Shown here: positions 27,560-40,073 of the stretch, piece by piece
Layout: each line of letters opens with the position of its first letter
Numbering within the stretch: the first letter of the stretch is position 1
Assembly: GCA_013239625.1 (NCBI GenBank)
Contig: MU053810.1
Location: 5,364,071-5,428,070 of the forward strand
Direction: 5' to 3'
From: Lama guanicoe
Lineage: Eukaryota
Length of the DNA stretch: 64,000 nucleotides
Program-made: the position numbers and the translations under genes
The notes under the pieces: generated by a model
Told to the model about the DNA's origin: nothing
The model's database searches: none
The model's input: only the letters and a program-made list of their open reading frames with translations

Positions 27560-28772
27560 TACAAAAATTGAACTCTTATCTTAAGCCATTTGCAAAATTA
27601 AAGGGAATCAAGGACCTCAAGGAATGAGCTAAAACTGTAAAACTCTTAGAAGAAAACATAAGGGGAAAGCTTTATGCCATTAGATTTGGCAACAGGCAAT
27701 AAAAGAAAAAAACAGATAAATCAGGCTTCATCAAAATTAAAAACTTTTGTGCACCAGAGGATAATACTAGCAGAGTGAAAAGTCAGCCCATGGGATGGGA
27801 AAAATAATTGCAAGTCATATATTTGGTAAGAGCTTAATATCTAGAATATATAAGGAACTCCTACAACTCACAGCAAAACAAAAACAAAAACCCAATTAAA
27901 ATGGGCAGAGGATTTGAATAACTATTTCTCCAAAGAAAATAAGACAAATGGCCGGTAAGTACATGAAAAGATGCTCAACATCACTAATAACAAGTGAAAA
28001 CCACAATGAGATACAACTGCACACCCAATAGGATGGAAAGAAAGAAAGAAAGACAGGGAAGGAGGGAGGAAGGGAGGGAGGGAGGGAGGGAGGGAAAGAA
28101 AATAATTGTGAGGATGTGGAAAAATTGGAACACTTGTGCACTGTTGGTGAGGCTGTAAAATGGTGCAGTCACTATGGAAAACAGTATGGTAATTCCTCAA
28201 GTAATTAAAAATACGATTACTATATGATCCAGCAACTCCCCACTTCTGGATTTATACACAAAATAATTAAAAGCAAGGATTCAAACAGGTATTTATACAC
28301 CCACGTTCACTGCAGCATTATTCACAATAGCACAAGGTAAAAGCAAACAAAGTGTTCAGTGATGGATAAATGGATGAACAAAATGTAGTAGATACATACA
28401 ATGGAATATTATTCAGCATTAAAAAGGAAGGAAATTCTGGCATGTGTAATGACATGGATGAGCCTTGAAGCCATCATGCTAAGTGATAAAGGACCAACAC
28501 TGTAATTCTACTAATGTGAGGTACCCAGAGCAGTCAATTCATAGGGACACAAAGTAGAGTGGTGGCCGCCAAGGAGCAGTGGGTGAGGAGAATATGGAGT
28601 TATTGTTTAATTAATATGGAGTTTCAGTCTGTAGAAGATGAAAAAAGTTCTGGAGATGGATAATGTTGATGGTTGCACAACACTGTGAATGTACTTAATG
28701 CCACTTAAAAATACTTAAAAACAGTTAAAATGATAAATTGTATACTGTATATTTTTATCACAATAAAAAAAA
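27560..28772 (+). mobile_element. L1M 3' fragment with an internal (GGAA/GGGA)n expansion at ~28033-28100
   Basis: aaaactcttagaagaaaacata, aaaattaaaaacttttgtgc, aaagatgctcaacatcactaat, 3'UTR and A-tail. Confidence 0.9.
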
Positions 28773-28902
28773 ACTATGAGATGTGTATACTAATAGGTTC
28801 ATCCCAATGAAAAAAAAAAAGTAATAAACTATAACTTATAGTTCAAGAATATTTGTTTTCCTTTGGGAATCCAAGCAGGCAATGCTGAATCTTCCCAAAC
28901 AA

Positions 28903-29228
28903 CCCTGTTCAGCAGAAATAGAATGCAAGCCACATATGCAATTATATAAGCAATTAATTTTTTTGGTAATTATATTTAAAAAAGAAAAAGAAGCCAGTGA
29001 AGTGGATTTTAATAATTCGTTTGAATTATTTTAGTACCATAACATCTATTTTATTTGACACAATGTACTCAAAATATATAATTTCAATGTAGAATCAATA
29101 TATAATTATTTATGAGACATTTTAGCCTCTTTTGGGTACATTGCTTTAGTTTAAGAACGTTGAAAGATGGCACCAGTTACATTTCATGTGCTCACTAGAC
29201 TCCTGGCTATGGAACTGGCTAACACAGA
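28903..29228 (+). mobile_element. MER33-like hAT-Charlie DNA transposon
   Basis: ctgttcagcagaaatagaatgcaagccacatatgcaatt...ttacatttcatgtgctcactagac... resembles the recalled MER33 consensus. Confidence 0.7.
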
Positions 29229-30042
29229 GCAATTATTCTGCTGAGCTAATTGAGAATTAACCCTCCATGTGAGGTCTGCACACCTTAAACTGTTCTAATG
29301 AACCACTGTGGAGGAAACTTACTCAAAAGACCTTCCTCAATTTGATGATATGACCGGCTAGGAGTGTTAAAAAGAGCTAAAAAATGCAGAGATCCAGAGA
29401 GTACCTGTTTATGAACCCAAAAGAGAGCCAGAGGGAGGAGAGCTCAGTGTGATCTCTGAGATGTGTTATTTATTTCTGGCTGGTCCAGGAGACAGTGAGG
29501 GGAGGAGAGAAATTGCGAAGCAGTGATGGTGGGAGGGGGTGGGGTGGGGCGGGGGTGGTGAAAGAACGATGAACAAAGAAGCATCTGTGTTTGGGAGAAA
29601 TTTTTGATTTTATCTCAGAACTGTTTTATCTTTACATCACTGTATCCTAAGGCCAAATGAAATTTTTTTCCTCAGCAAGGATGGTAGAGGTTGAAGGAGG
29701 TATTTACCGAGTGCAAAGAGGCCACCAACAGTCCTTTTTCCTATTCCCCTGATAACAGCACAATACCTTAAAGATTAAATGATATATATTATACATAAAA
29801 AAAGCAAAGAATAGAAGTCAAATATTGAATTAATTGATAGCATGGTAACATATTAACAAGAGGGGTGATCAGTCTGCAATGATATCTGTTTAGCTGCTTC
29901 TGAACAGCTATATCCTGATAAGTTTGCTTTAATGAGTCTTCAGCGAGGGTGGTACTAGGAACCTAGGAGTGTGAAGATGTGTAAAAGAGGCTGATCTAGT
30001 GCAGAAGACAATCTGTCATTTCATTCCAGCTGGTAAGTGCAA

Positions 30043-30072
30043 ATAATAGTAGTAGTAGTAGTAGTAGTAGTA

Positions 30073-30103
<31 letters not shown>
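30043..30103. repeat. Compound (TAG)n(TAA)n microsatellite
   Basis: Pure trinucleotide runs. Confidence 0.95.
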
Positions 30104-30106
<3 letters not shown>

Positions 30107-31549
30107 CTTTGTAAAGCAAGGAAAGGAATTTCATCTCACATCTGAGTAGTGAGGATGAACTTCCTCCCACAGAATTCTAAAAGAAATCGGAGTTAGGCAA
30201 GTAAAGTAGGAGGAATGTCCTTCCAAGCAGAGGACAGAATGATCAGGCATGAAGCAGTGAGATGTGAGTGTGTCCAGTGATGAGAAAGAACTCCAAAGGT
30301 TCAACCTTGTAAATTTAGAAACATTAGTCACCTGATTTTCAGGAGGTTGGTTAATTTCCCTGAAACTTAATTTACTTTTCCATCAGATGCAAACAACAAT
30401 ACTAATATTTCAGAATTGCTATGTGCAGTGAATGAAATGCTTTATGTAAATTGTGTAGCATGGGGCTTGGTACAAATTAAGCATTTGATAATAGGTGGCT
30501 TCTATTAGAAAACCTGGATAAATATGTATTTTAAATGCAGAACCAATGCTGTCACTGTTGATATGGGATTTCAAATGTAGAAATATGTTATATTCTCCTG
30601 GGAGCAGTGAGCTGAAAGGGCAACAAATATATCAACCTATATATGAACTTCCGTTTCTCAACCCAGTTTGCCAGATGGACTATACAAAACTTTGTGAAAA
30701 TTACACAGAGATACCATCACAAAGAGAACTACGAGGGCGTTAGCTGGGGAAGGACAATTTTTTTTAGGGGGGGGTCCTATAATTCAGTCTCCATGTTGAG
30801 TTATACAGAGAATATTAGCCTGCTCCAGAATATGATGGAAAAAAACCCCTGCTTTTGCAATAGTCTCCCTAATGTCTTATCTGATTGGAGAGTTCTTTGT
30901 ATTACTGGTTCCTTAAGATCACCATAAAGATAAACACTGGAGGAAGGGATTAGGCCCATCCAGATGGTTCTTTATCCACAAAATACATATACGAGGGGGT
31001 AGATGATGAAACCATACCATTTTAAAAAATAAAAATTTACTTCAGATAGAATTCTTTATTTTTTGCCAAATGATTCTTCTCCCACTTTATAAAATTCTTG
31101 AGAGTCTATTTCTACTTTCTGTTGCTCTACTGACTTTCTCTTATGATGGCCTCTTTTCTTATGTGTTTTAATTTTGGCTTTGGAGTTCATGCTCATCAAA
31201 GCTTTATAAGAGCAATCCTGTGATGGTTGAGTTTACAGCACATCCCTGTAGACAGGCGTTTCATATGCTTCTGCCAGCGGCCATGAGACTTCAGCCATAA
31301 GACTACTAAAGCCACCCTGATACTCAAACAAGAAAACACTCTGCCCATAGGATTCTGTACCCAGTGCTGGCACAGCACAAACTGAAACATCTGCTCTCAT
31401 GACTAATACTCTTCACAGTCTAAGATAAGACATCCCCCATCTCTTGTTCTATATCTTTGAAATAAGAAACATTAAGTCCTCATGCCACTGCTAATGCTGG
31501 TGATGGAAACACTGCTTCAGGGAGGGTGGGGGATTTGAGTAGTGAAAGC

Positions 31550-33525
31550 AATTTCACAAAGAAATACAAATAGAGAATCCGAATAGGCCTAGAACCAGTA
31601 AGGAGGTTGAATCAGTAATCAAAAATCTGACAAGGAAAAGTTCTGGACCTGATGCATTCACTGGTGAATTCTATCATCATTTAAAGAAAGATTAACATCA
31701 ATCTTTCTAAAACTTTTCCCAAGAAAACCAAAGAAGAGGGAATACTTCCTAACTCATTCTAGGAAGCCAGAATTACCCTGGTACCAAAGACACTACAAGA
31801 AGAGATGGGTACAGAATAACATCTCTTCTGAACACTGATGCAAAAATCTTCAACAAAATATTAGAAAACTGAATTCAACAGCATATTAAAAGGATTATTT
31901 ATTCCTAAAATATAAGGAATATAAAAATATGAAAATCAATGTAATATACCCTATTAACATAAAGAATGAGAAAAAACCTATTTGACCAACTCAGTTGATG
32001 CAGAGAAACCACTTGACAAAATTCAACACTTATTTATGATAAGCACACTCAAGAACCTACCTTAACATAATAAAAGCCATATGTGAAAAACCCACAGCAA
32101 ACATCATATTCAATAATGAATGACTGAAAGTACTCCCTCTAAGACTAGAAACAAAGCAAGGATGCCTGCTTCCATCACTTCTATTCAACAGAGTACTGCA
32201 AGTCCTAGTCAGAGCAATTAGGCAAGAAAGAAGAAATAAAAGTCATACAAATTGGAAAAGAAGAAGTAGAATTATGTCTATTCACAGAGGATATAATCAT
32301 AAATGTACAAAACCCTAAAGATTCCACAGAAAAACTGTTAGACCTAACAAACAAATTCAGTAAATTATCAGAATAAAAAGCCAACACACACAAAACTCAG
32401 TTGCATTTCTATACACTAACAATGAACAGTCTGGAAAGGAAATTAAGAAAACAACTCTATTTACACTAGCATCAAGGAAATAAAATGAATTACTTAAGAA
32501 TTAACCATGTACTCATGTATATATACATACATACATACATGTATACTCACTTTGAGTTAATAATGGCCTAAGAGGATATTTGTTGGTTTTTAGTAACACC
32601 CACAGAACTGAAAACTCATCCCACATGTTGGTGGTCATCTACCCATTCAAAGCTCCCGAGGACCATAAAAAATACTCATGCCTCTCCTAAACTGCTGTAA
32701 AATATATCCTGTGAGACCCAGGGGTAATCCTTATGAAGTTGGGCATTCCATATTTCAATATTCCATATTTCAATATTCCATATTTCAAAATGTAGTCAGA
32801 AGTGGAAATGGATTTACTTCTCAGAATTTCTTTGTTCATAATTAGGAATACAAAAAAATCGAGTTCAGAAAGTGACTGAAAAGAAAAGCCATGGGGGTAA
32901 AAAGAATTAACTAAGGAAGTGAAAGACTTATACAATGAAGACTATAAAACATTGTTGAAAGGAATTTAAAAATACATAAATAAGTGGGAGGATATCTCAT
33001 GTCCAGATATTGGAAGAGTTAGTACTGATAAGATTCAGTATTACCCAAAGTGATTTACAGATTCAATGCAACCCCTACCAAAATCCCAATGATGTTTTTC
33101 AGAAATAGATCCATCCTAAAGTTCATATGGCATCTCAAGGGACCCCAAATTGCCAAAGTATTCCTGAAAAAGAAGAACAAAGCTGGAGGACTCATACTTC
33201 CTGACTTCAAAACTTACTATCAAGCTATAGTAATCAAAACAGTATGGTACAGGAATAAGGAAAGACATATAGACCAATGGAATAGAATAGAAAACTCAAA
33301 CAAACCATCCCATAATATATTCAAATGATTTTCAAAAAGGGTGCCAAAATGATCTAATGGGGAAAGGGCAATCTTTTCAACAAATGGTACCGGGAAAACT
33401 GGATATCCACATGGGAAAGAATGAAGTGGGATTCCTACCTAACACCATATTCAAAAATTAACTCAAAATAGATCAGAGACCTAAACATAACATTGATTTT
33501 GGCAATGATTTCTTGGACATGACAC
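31550..33525 (+). mobile_element. L1 ORF2 (reverse transcriptase region) remnant, interrupted at 32506-32901
   Basis: L1 ORF2 motifs: ggacctgatgcattcactggtgaattcta, gatgcagagaaa...tgacaaaattcaaca, caaggatgcc. ORF 33050-33328 reads IYRFNA..KIP...[25 protein letters not shown]...IDQWNRIE. Multiple frameshifts. Confidence 0.93.
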
Positions 33526-33529
33526 AATT

Positions 33530-33905
33530 ATGCTTATTTTTGCCTCACTGAAAAGAAGTCTGAAAGTAGGCAGTCCAGTGTTGGTACCATGGTTTATGGG
33601 ACCATTAATGAAGCTGGTGTATTTTTTATGATCATTCAACTTTAGCAAGGAGTTTTCACGTGGCTTCATTGTCTAAAATGTCCACTTGTGGTTCAGCCAA
33701 CATCTCCACAATCAGATCAGCAGAAAAAGGAGGGGAGTAAAAGTACTTCTCTCCCTTTTATGGGTACTTCCAGGAAGTTCTTCATCCACTTCGCTTACAG
33801 TCTACAGAATGCAGCCCAGGAGCTGCATCTAGCTGCAGGGAAGACTGGCAAACACCGCAGACAGTCTTTTATTTTGGATGCAAATGTCCAGCTAGAAACA
33901 GGAGG
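33530..33905 (-). mobile_element. Old MaLR (MLT1-like) LTR remnant
   Basis: aagaagtctgaaagtaggcagtccag...catctagctgcagggaagactggcaaa resembles old MLT1 elements in antisense. Confidence 0.45.
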
Positions 33906-35836
33906 AATGGCCAACTAGGAATCTCAGCTACAAATAAACTGACTTCAGTGAATGTGTAAATTCAGATGTCTTTCTTGATAAATCAGGTCTCATTTTCTAT
34001 AATCCCATGGCACATGAACATCTGTGTGTGTGCCTCCCATAAAGAAGTTAAGATGGTTTGAAAAGAAAAGGCAGGAGAGGTCAGAGGCTTTGCTTGTAAA
34101 TGAGGCATTCTTAGCCAAAGACGGGGGCCATGGGGGAGTGACAGGTAGAGTAAAATGGATATTTTTCATCATCAGTTGTCTGCCGGCCTTCTCACCTCCC
34201 AACCCTATTTTCAAGTTGTACTGAATTTCTTCACCTTCCATCTTTCTATTCTCCATTCTTTGTGCCTGGAACACTTTTCCTTGATCTTTTAAATTTCTTC
34301 CCATAGACTTTTCCACTCATGTTCATCATACTATGTCTCCATGTTACCTGATCTACTGTGTGTTTAGTAGGAGCCATGGCTGTTCAATGATCCCTGTTGC
34401 CCTGAATAGTGCACACACTCATACAAACACACACACAATGGTGTGGATTAATAACATTTGTGCTGTTCACAGCTATTTGTAAGAGCAGGCAAGTACATTA
34501 TAGTCATCACAGCATGCGAGCAATAGAAATATGTAAATCTTTTTCTACAGCCAGAAACACAGTCTTCACTTGGGTGGCAGAGCTCTTTGGAGACTACCAG
34601 ACAGGCAAATGTACTGAACTGAAAACAAGGCTTAGAGCTGGAGTTCAAAAAAACACGTGTTTAATCTCTGTGACTCGTCAGCTTTTCAGGCTTGGTTAAG
34701 TCAGTCTGTGCTAATTCTTCATCAAAATTTACTCTCCTTTTCTTCCAAAGGCACAAGAATGGACTATTGTCCTCAGCTTGGCTTGGAGGCTTTTCATGTG
34801 ATAGAGTTTCAGCCAATAAAACATCAGTGAAGGGATCTATACCACGTCCAAGCTTGGCCAATAAAAATTTGCAAGCTCCACTGAGGTATGTATGTGATCT
34901 TATGTTGGCGAGATCATAGGCAAGTGTGGCATCGTTGGCTGTCATGTTTGAGGACCAGTCTTCAACATGCGATTGTATTTGGTTTATTCTTGGACCAGGG
35001 GTGATGGGACTGGTATTTGAATGAAATAAGATGATATGCCAAAAAAAGAAAAACTATACGTGTTCCATCACACTTTCCCTTTCTTCCGACTAATGAGGAA
35101 CAACCATAGCTACATTTTCAAAATGGTAGTCACTCAACACTTGGTTCCTAAATGTCAGCCTGAAGCAGAGCTCCTTCTGATGGTGATCTTCTACCCAAGA
35201 CCAAAGGGATGCATTTCTTGTCCTCTAATCCCCCAAATATTTAGGGTTTTTTGGTTATAGCAATTTGATTTATCCTAACTTAGGGAACAGTGATACCTAG
35301 TTCACAGATGAGATGACATATATAAATCCTTAGCACAGGGCCTGGCCCCTTGTATGTAAACTGAAGTACCGGTTGTTATGCTTTGGGTGAGAAATAAGTC
35401 AAATAACAAACGGATGTGTTTTATACACTAAAAAGTGCTCTACAAGATTAGGGATTTCAGACCTCTGTCTCCTGGGGAGTTTTAAGGACTCATGGAATCT
35501 TATAACCATCTATGAAGGCTTTACTTTGGAAGTAAAGGTAACCTTTTTCCTGACCACTTCCACACATCAGCTGTAACCTCCCACCACACACAGTGCATGC
35601 AACCCCCTTATATGGGATGTGCTTCCATCTTTATATGGTTTTAACTAACAATCGATAATGCAGGGCATTCACTTTATAGCAGGAGTTTACAAGAAGCAAA
35701 TGTGTAACTCAGTGGAATGCATCCTACCAAGTTAGGCTAGCGGCTGGATGATGCAGGTATATCCTTATGGAAATACTATGAATAATGGCAGAGATCTGGA
35801 AATGTATATTGGGTGAAAATGATTTACAAGTAAAAT

Positions 35837-36358
35837 TGAAACAGAAAAGAACAAATCTGACTCCATATTAGATCTGTTTCTTTGGCTTTAACCCTGCGCC
35901 CTGTTTCCTAGGCTTAGTCTTGCTGGCTCAGCACCTTTTGTAAAAGAATGTTGCCTAGAGCCTGAAATATACAGGAGAGCCTATTCTCAAGGCTCTGACC
36001 TTTAAGGATATTAACAATTTTGTACTTATATAAAGATAACAAGTTGCAGAATAGAAAATAATGTTTGTTTTGATAGAGGTTTTACAAGGGCACCATGACC
36101 TGACCCAGGTGGACAGCTACAAGGACAAAGAATTCCTGCACCAAGAAGTTTGCAACAACCAACCACACCCCCTCCCCTTTTTAGTATAAAAGGAGCCTGA
36201 ATTCTGACTTGGGGAAGTTAGTTCTCCAAGACTTTAGTCTGCTGTTTTCTCAGTCTGCTGGCTTTCAAAATAAAGTCACTATTCCTTGCCCCAACACCTC
36301 GTCTCCCAATTTATTGGCCTGTCGTGCAACGAGCAGAACGAGCTTGGACTCAGTAACA
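35837..36358 (+). mobile_element. Solo LTR, ERV1-like (522 bp)
   Basis: TG...CA termini with a 4-bp TSD AAAT (35833-35836 and 36359-36362), TATAAAA at 36185 and AATAAA at 36269. Confidence 0.85.
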
Positions 36359-38234
36359 AAATGAGAAATCACACTGGTGCATATCTGTCCTAAAGAACTC
36401 CTACCCCAGGTCTTAAACATAGTTACAAATTTGCCAGCAAAAGAGGAGTAAGTCATTATAATCATTGTTTCTTCCACTTATAGGAGGGAAAAAAAAAACT
36501 GAACTCTTAAACTTTTGGCTTCCTTGGCGAATGTTTCTTTCCAGCCTCTGTTCTCACTTCAGAACATTAATAATGCGCAGAATATGCCTGTCCATTACAA
36601 CGACTAATGAGCATACTGGGGTTCACGTTACAGCTTGAACAAATTAGGCATCTGCATTTAAATGCCTGCACTGATGATTGTGCATCTATTATTACTGGGG
36701 TACATCTGAATAACTTTCAACATTGAAAAGAACTAGGCTTTACACATTAAATTTTAGCTTTCATCTGTGGCTTTTAAGTACAAGCCAAAGTATGTTAAAA
36801 ACAAACCTGACCGTAATAGAAAGCTTTCATGATGTTTCTCAAACCTTTATCCCTCTATAATTTATTCTGACGTCGTTCCATTTTTTTTGGTAGAGGTAAC
36901 ACTGTGTTAGTTTTTATTTGAGATCTTTTATAAGTCAGCCTAGTGTCTGAATGGGTACATTGTATTGTGTTTACTGTTCAATACAGGCTAAATTAGCACT
37001 GGTTATAAAGAAAGAATTAATATAATCCTTTCATGGGAGTCATAATTAGGTAAATGCCTTTGTGTGTTAAACCTTGCAAAGGTCTACGCAACGTTTAAGA
37101 CACATGATGACAGATCACTCACTCATTCACTTAAGCAACGAGAGTTTTCAGGCTCCAACAAAAATGCCAGACACCATGCTGGATGTAGGGGATGCTAAAA
37201 TGAATAAAACACAATCAGCTGCCCTCAAGAAACTCTGTCTAGGGGCAGAGAGAAACGTAAAAACAATGAGTTCAGCATCATAAATTAATAAAATGAATAA
37301 AATATACTCTATCACATTTGAACATTTAATTCAAACTTGACTTGCCCTTTATAAGCAGAAGGGTTATTTAAAATGATTTTCAAGGTTGTTTTGCTATCTT
37401 GTGGTCTCTTAAAAAATTTGATGAAAGATAAAACTTTACTTCCCAAATGGTCATAATTGGAAGCGAACGCATGGATAGTTAAGGATATTGTAAGAAATCG
37501 AACAGATGTCATGGGAAAACACTAAGCTTCATCCAACCTGGCATTTTAAAAAACTGTGTTAGAATTCATCCATCACTCATTCATTCAAGCATGTATTTAC
37601 TGGCTTCTAAGTGCTTACTAACTAGATTGTGAGCGCCAAGATGTCAGGTTTTTGTTGTCTGTGCTCGTCCAGTGGCACACAATAGAAGCTTGATGTATGC
37701 TTTATTGACTGGATATTGAAAGAATGCAGGGGAACTGAGTGAATAAGCATGGCTCCTACCCACACAGAGCTTACAACCTAATCGAGAACTAGATTTAATG
37801 TTATCCCTGAGATTTAAAGATGCTCTCAAGAAAACTGAACAGTTTCATTAAATGAATAGAAGAGTGATGTCATCAGCAGATCATGGAGCTAAAATAACTG
37901 TAACTCCACAACTTTACAATGTCTTTCTCACTTTCATAGTTACATACGTGTAACACATGCACACACCAAAAACACTGCTGATTGTTAAAAATGCATTTTT
38001 TAAAAGCCAAATCTTAGACAGGGCTTTGGAAAGGCTACCAGCCATAGCTACAAAGCAGAGGGTGCTCTCTCTCTTGCTGGCTGGCCAGCCAACCCATATC
38101 CTAACCAACAGCCTCCCAGCTTCCCTGTCTGTTGCTTTTCAAAATGTGACTTTATTATTATTGTTGTTGCTGCCTTTGTTAACCAATTTGTTACTACTTC
38201 TCTTTAACATTCAGTAAGGTAAATATTTATTTAG

Positions 38235-38605
38235 TTTTCTTCCAGTTTTATTGAGATTTAGTTGAAATACAGCACTGTGTAAGTGTAAGGTGTACAGCAT
38301 AATGCTTTGACTTACATACATCAGGAAATGATTATCATAATATATTTAGTGCACATCCATCACCTCATATAGATACAAAATTAAAGAAATAGAAAAAATT
38401 TTTTTTTCTTTGCGATGAAACTCTTAGGATATACCCTGTTAACTATTTTCATATATAACAGAAAGCAGGTGTTTTTTTTTTATATTTATCATGTTGTACA
38501 TTACATCCCTAGTACTTACGTATCTTATAACAGGAAGTTTGCACTTTTTGATTGCCTTCAGCTAGCCGCCCCTCTGGTACCCATTAATCTCTTATTCTAT
38601 GCGTT
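38235..38605 (-). mobile_element. L1MA-like 3' terminus
   Basis: ttttattgagatttagttgaaatacagcactgtgtaagtgtaaggtgtacagcataatg...ttgtacattacatccctag. Confidence 0.8.
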
Positions 38606-39953
38606 TGTTATTGAAAATTCAGGAAAATTTACATTAAGATGTCCATTTTAACACCAAAGATTAGGAAAATCAATGGCACTTCGAATAGGCCTAAGTCTTT
38701 AATCACACCAACACCTGTTCTTTAAGCCCGACTCAAACCACTGTTTGATGGAAGCGGGTTTAAATTATTAAATTATCCACAGTTGTCTTTGGGAAGAACA
38801 AGGACTGTGTCCCACAGTGATTTTACACACCATTGGGAAACTATACAAAGCAGCTGAAGGCTATTGTAAATTTCCGTTATGTATATTTCAGTATCCAAAA
38901 CTGTATACATTCTATTGTTATGAAACAATGCTGATAACAGGTAAACTTGTTCTCCAAGAGAGTTCCACTGTAGTAAAAGTTGTTGAAGAGCTACCCTATA
39001 TGATTTTTTTTAATGTGTCTTATTAGGAATAGCTGAACGTTATGCCGTAAACAAAACATTCTTGGTCAGGCCGCCATTCTCATATTAAGAGTTCAGGATC
39101 CTAAGGAAGCGCTTATTTTGTCCAAAATGTGATATTAAGACTTCTTAACTCTACAGAAAAGTGAATAAGCAGTTTCCAAAGATGAAGACAAACTGGAGTC
39201 ATAGAGGAAAAACTTCAGATTCGGAAGTGGTCGACTTGGACCTGGTGGCCCAGGCCAGCTGCAGATTCGGGTGGGACCCGAATCCTCAGGTCCTCGGCCC
39301 CGTTTCTTTTCTGGCGCCTCATTACTGCCACCATCCAGCGCCTTCACCTCCCAATGGGGATGGGAAGTCCTTTGTAGACACTTGCTCCTGGGTGCCGCCC
39401 GTGGCCTTGACAGATTGCAGGCGTGCAGTTGAGGAACCCAGCCTCCCCAGACTCCGGAGTGAGCGCCTGCTCCCGCCAGCAGGATCGTAGAGAGCGGAGG
39501 GAGTGGAGCGCGGCAGCCGGCGAAAGGAAGCCCCTGGGCGCGAGGCCTGGCTTTCGTGGCTTTGAAAACTTTCCAGCGCGCGTGCCACGGCGACGCGCAG
39601 CGGCTGCGCCGGGGCCCCAGCGGCCCGCGCCTCCCGCGGGGAACTTTTCTGCGTTTCGGTGGCTGTCACTCTCGCTTTCCGACGCGCCTCCCCCTGGGCT
39701 CCGGCGGCCAGAGCGCCCTCCCTCTCCGCGAGGACCTGCCCCGGCGCCGGCGGCTCCCGTGCCCGCTCGGCGCTCGCTCAGTCCGCGCCCCCGCCGCCCG
39801 GCTCCCCTGCATCTCGCTTTGCAACCTGGCCCGGCCGCGCCCCGCGCCCTGAGAGCCGCGAGCCCCGGGCGGCCCCCGGAGCTGGGGGCGGGGAGCAGAG
39901 GAGGGGACCCGCCGCCGGGGGCTGGCTGCTGGCTCCCGGCCGACTTTTCGCCA

Positions 39954-40073
39954 ATGGTCCAAAGCGACATGTCCAAGTCGCCTCCCACAGCGGCGGCGGC
40001 GGTGGCGCAGGAGATCCAGATGGAAGCGCTGGAGAACGCGGCTCCCGCGGGGGCGCTCGGAGCGGCCGCACAG
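39954..40073 (+). CDS. CACNB2: CACNB2 alternative first coding exon 1A (beta-2d-type N-terminus, 40 codons)
   Basis: ATG at 39954 translates MVQSDMSKSPPTAAAAVAQEIQMEALENAAPAGALGAAAQ, matching the recalled CaV-beta2d N-terminus. It ends CAG|GTAGCG (GT donor at 40074), phase 0, inside the CpG island. Confidence 0.95.

Noticed and set aside
33050..33328. Reverse-transcriptase-family-like ORF
   Set aside because: A fragment of a frameshifted L1 ORF2, not an intact gene.
1..39300. Exons of an upstream neighbouring gene or processed pseudogenes
   Set aside because: None of the listed ORFs resembles a protein I recognise other than L1 ORF2. Small exons cannot be excluded without alignment.
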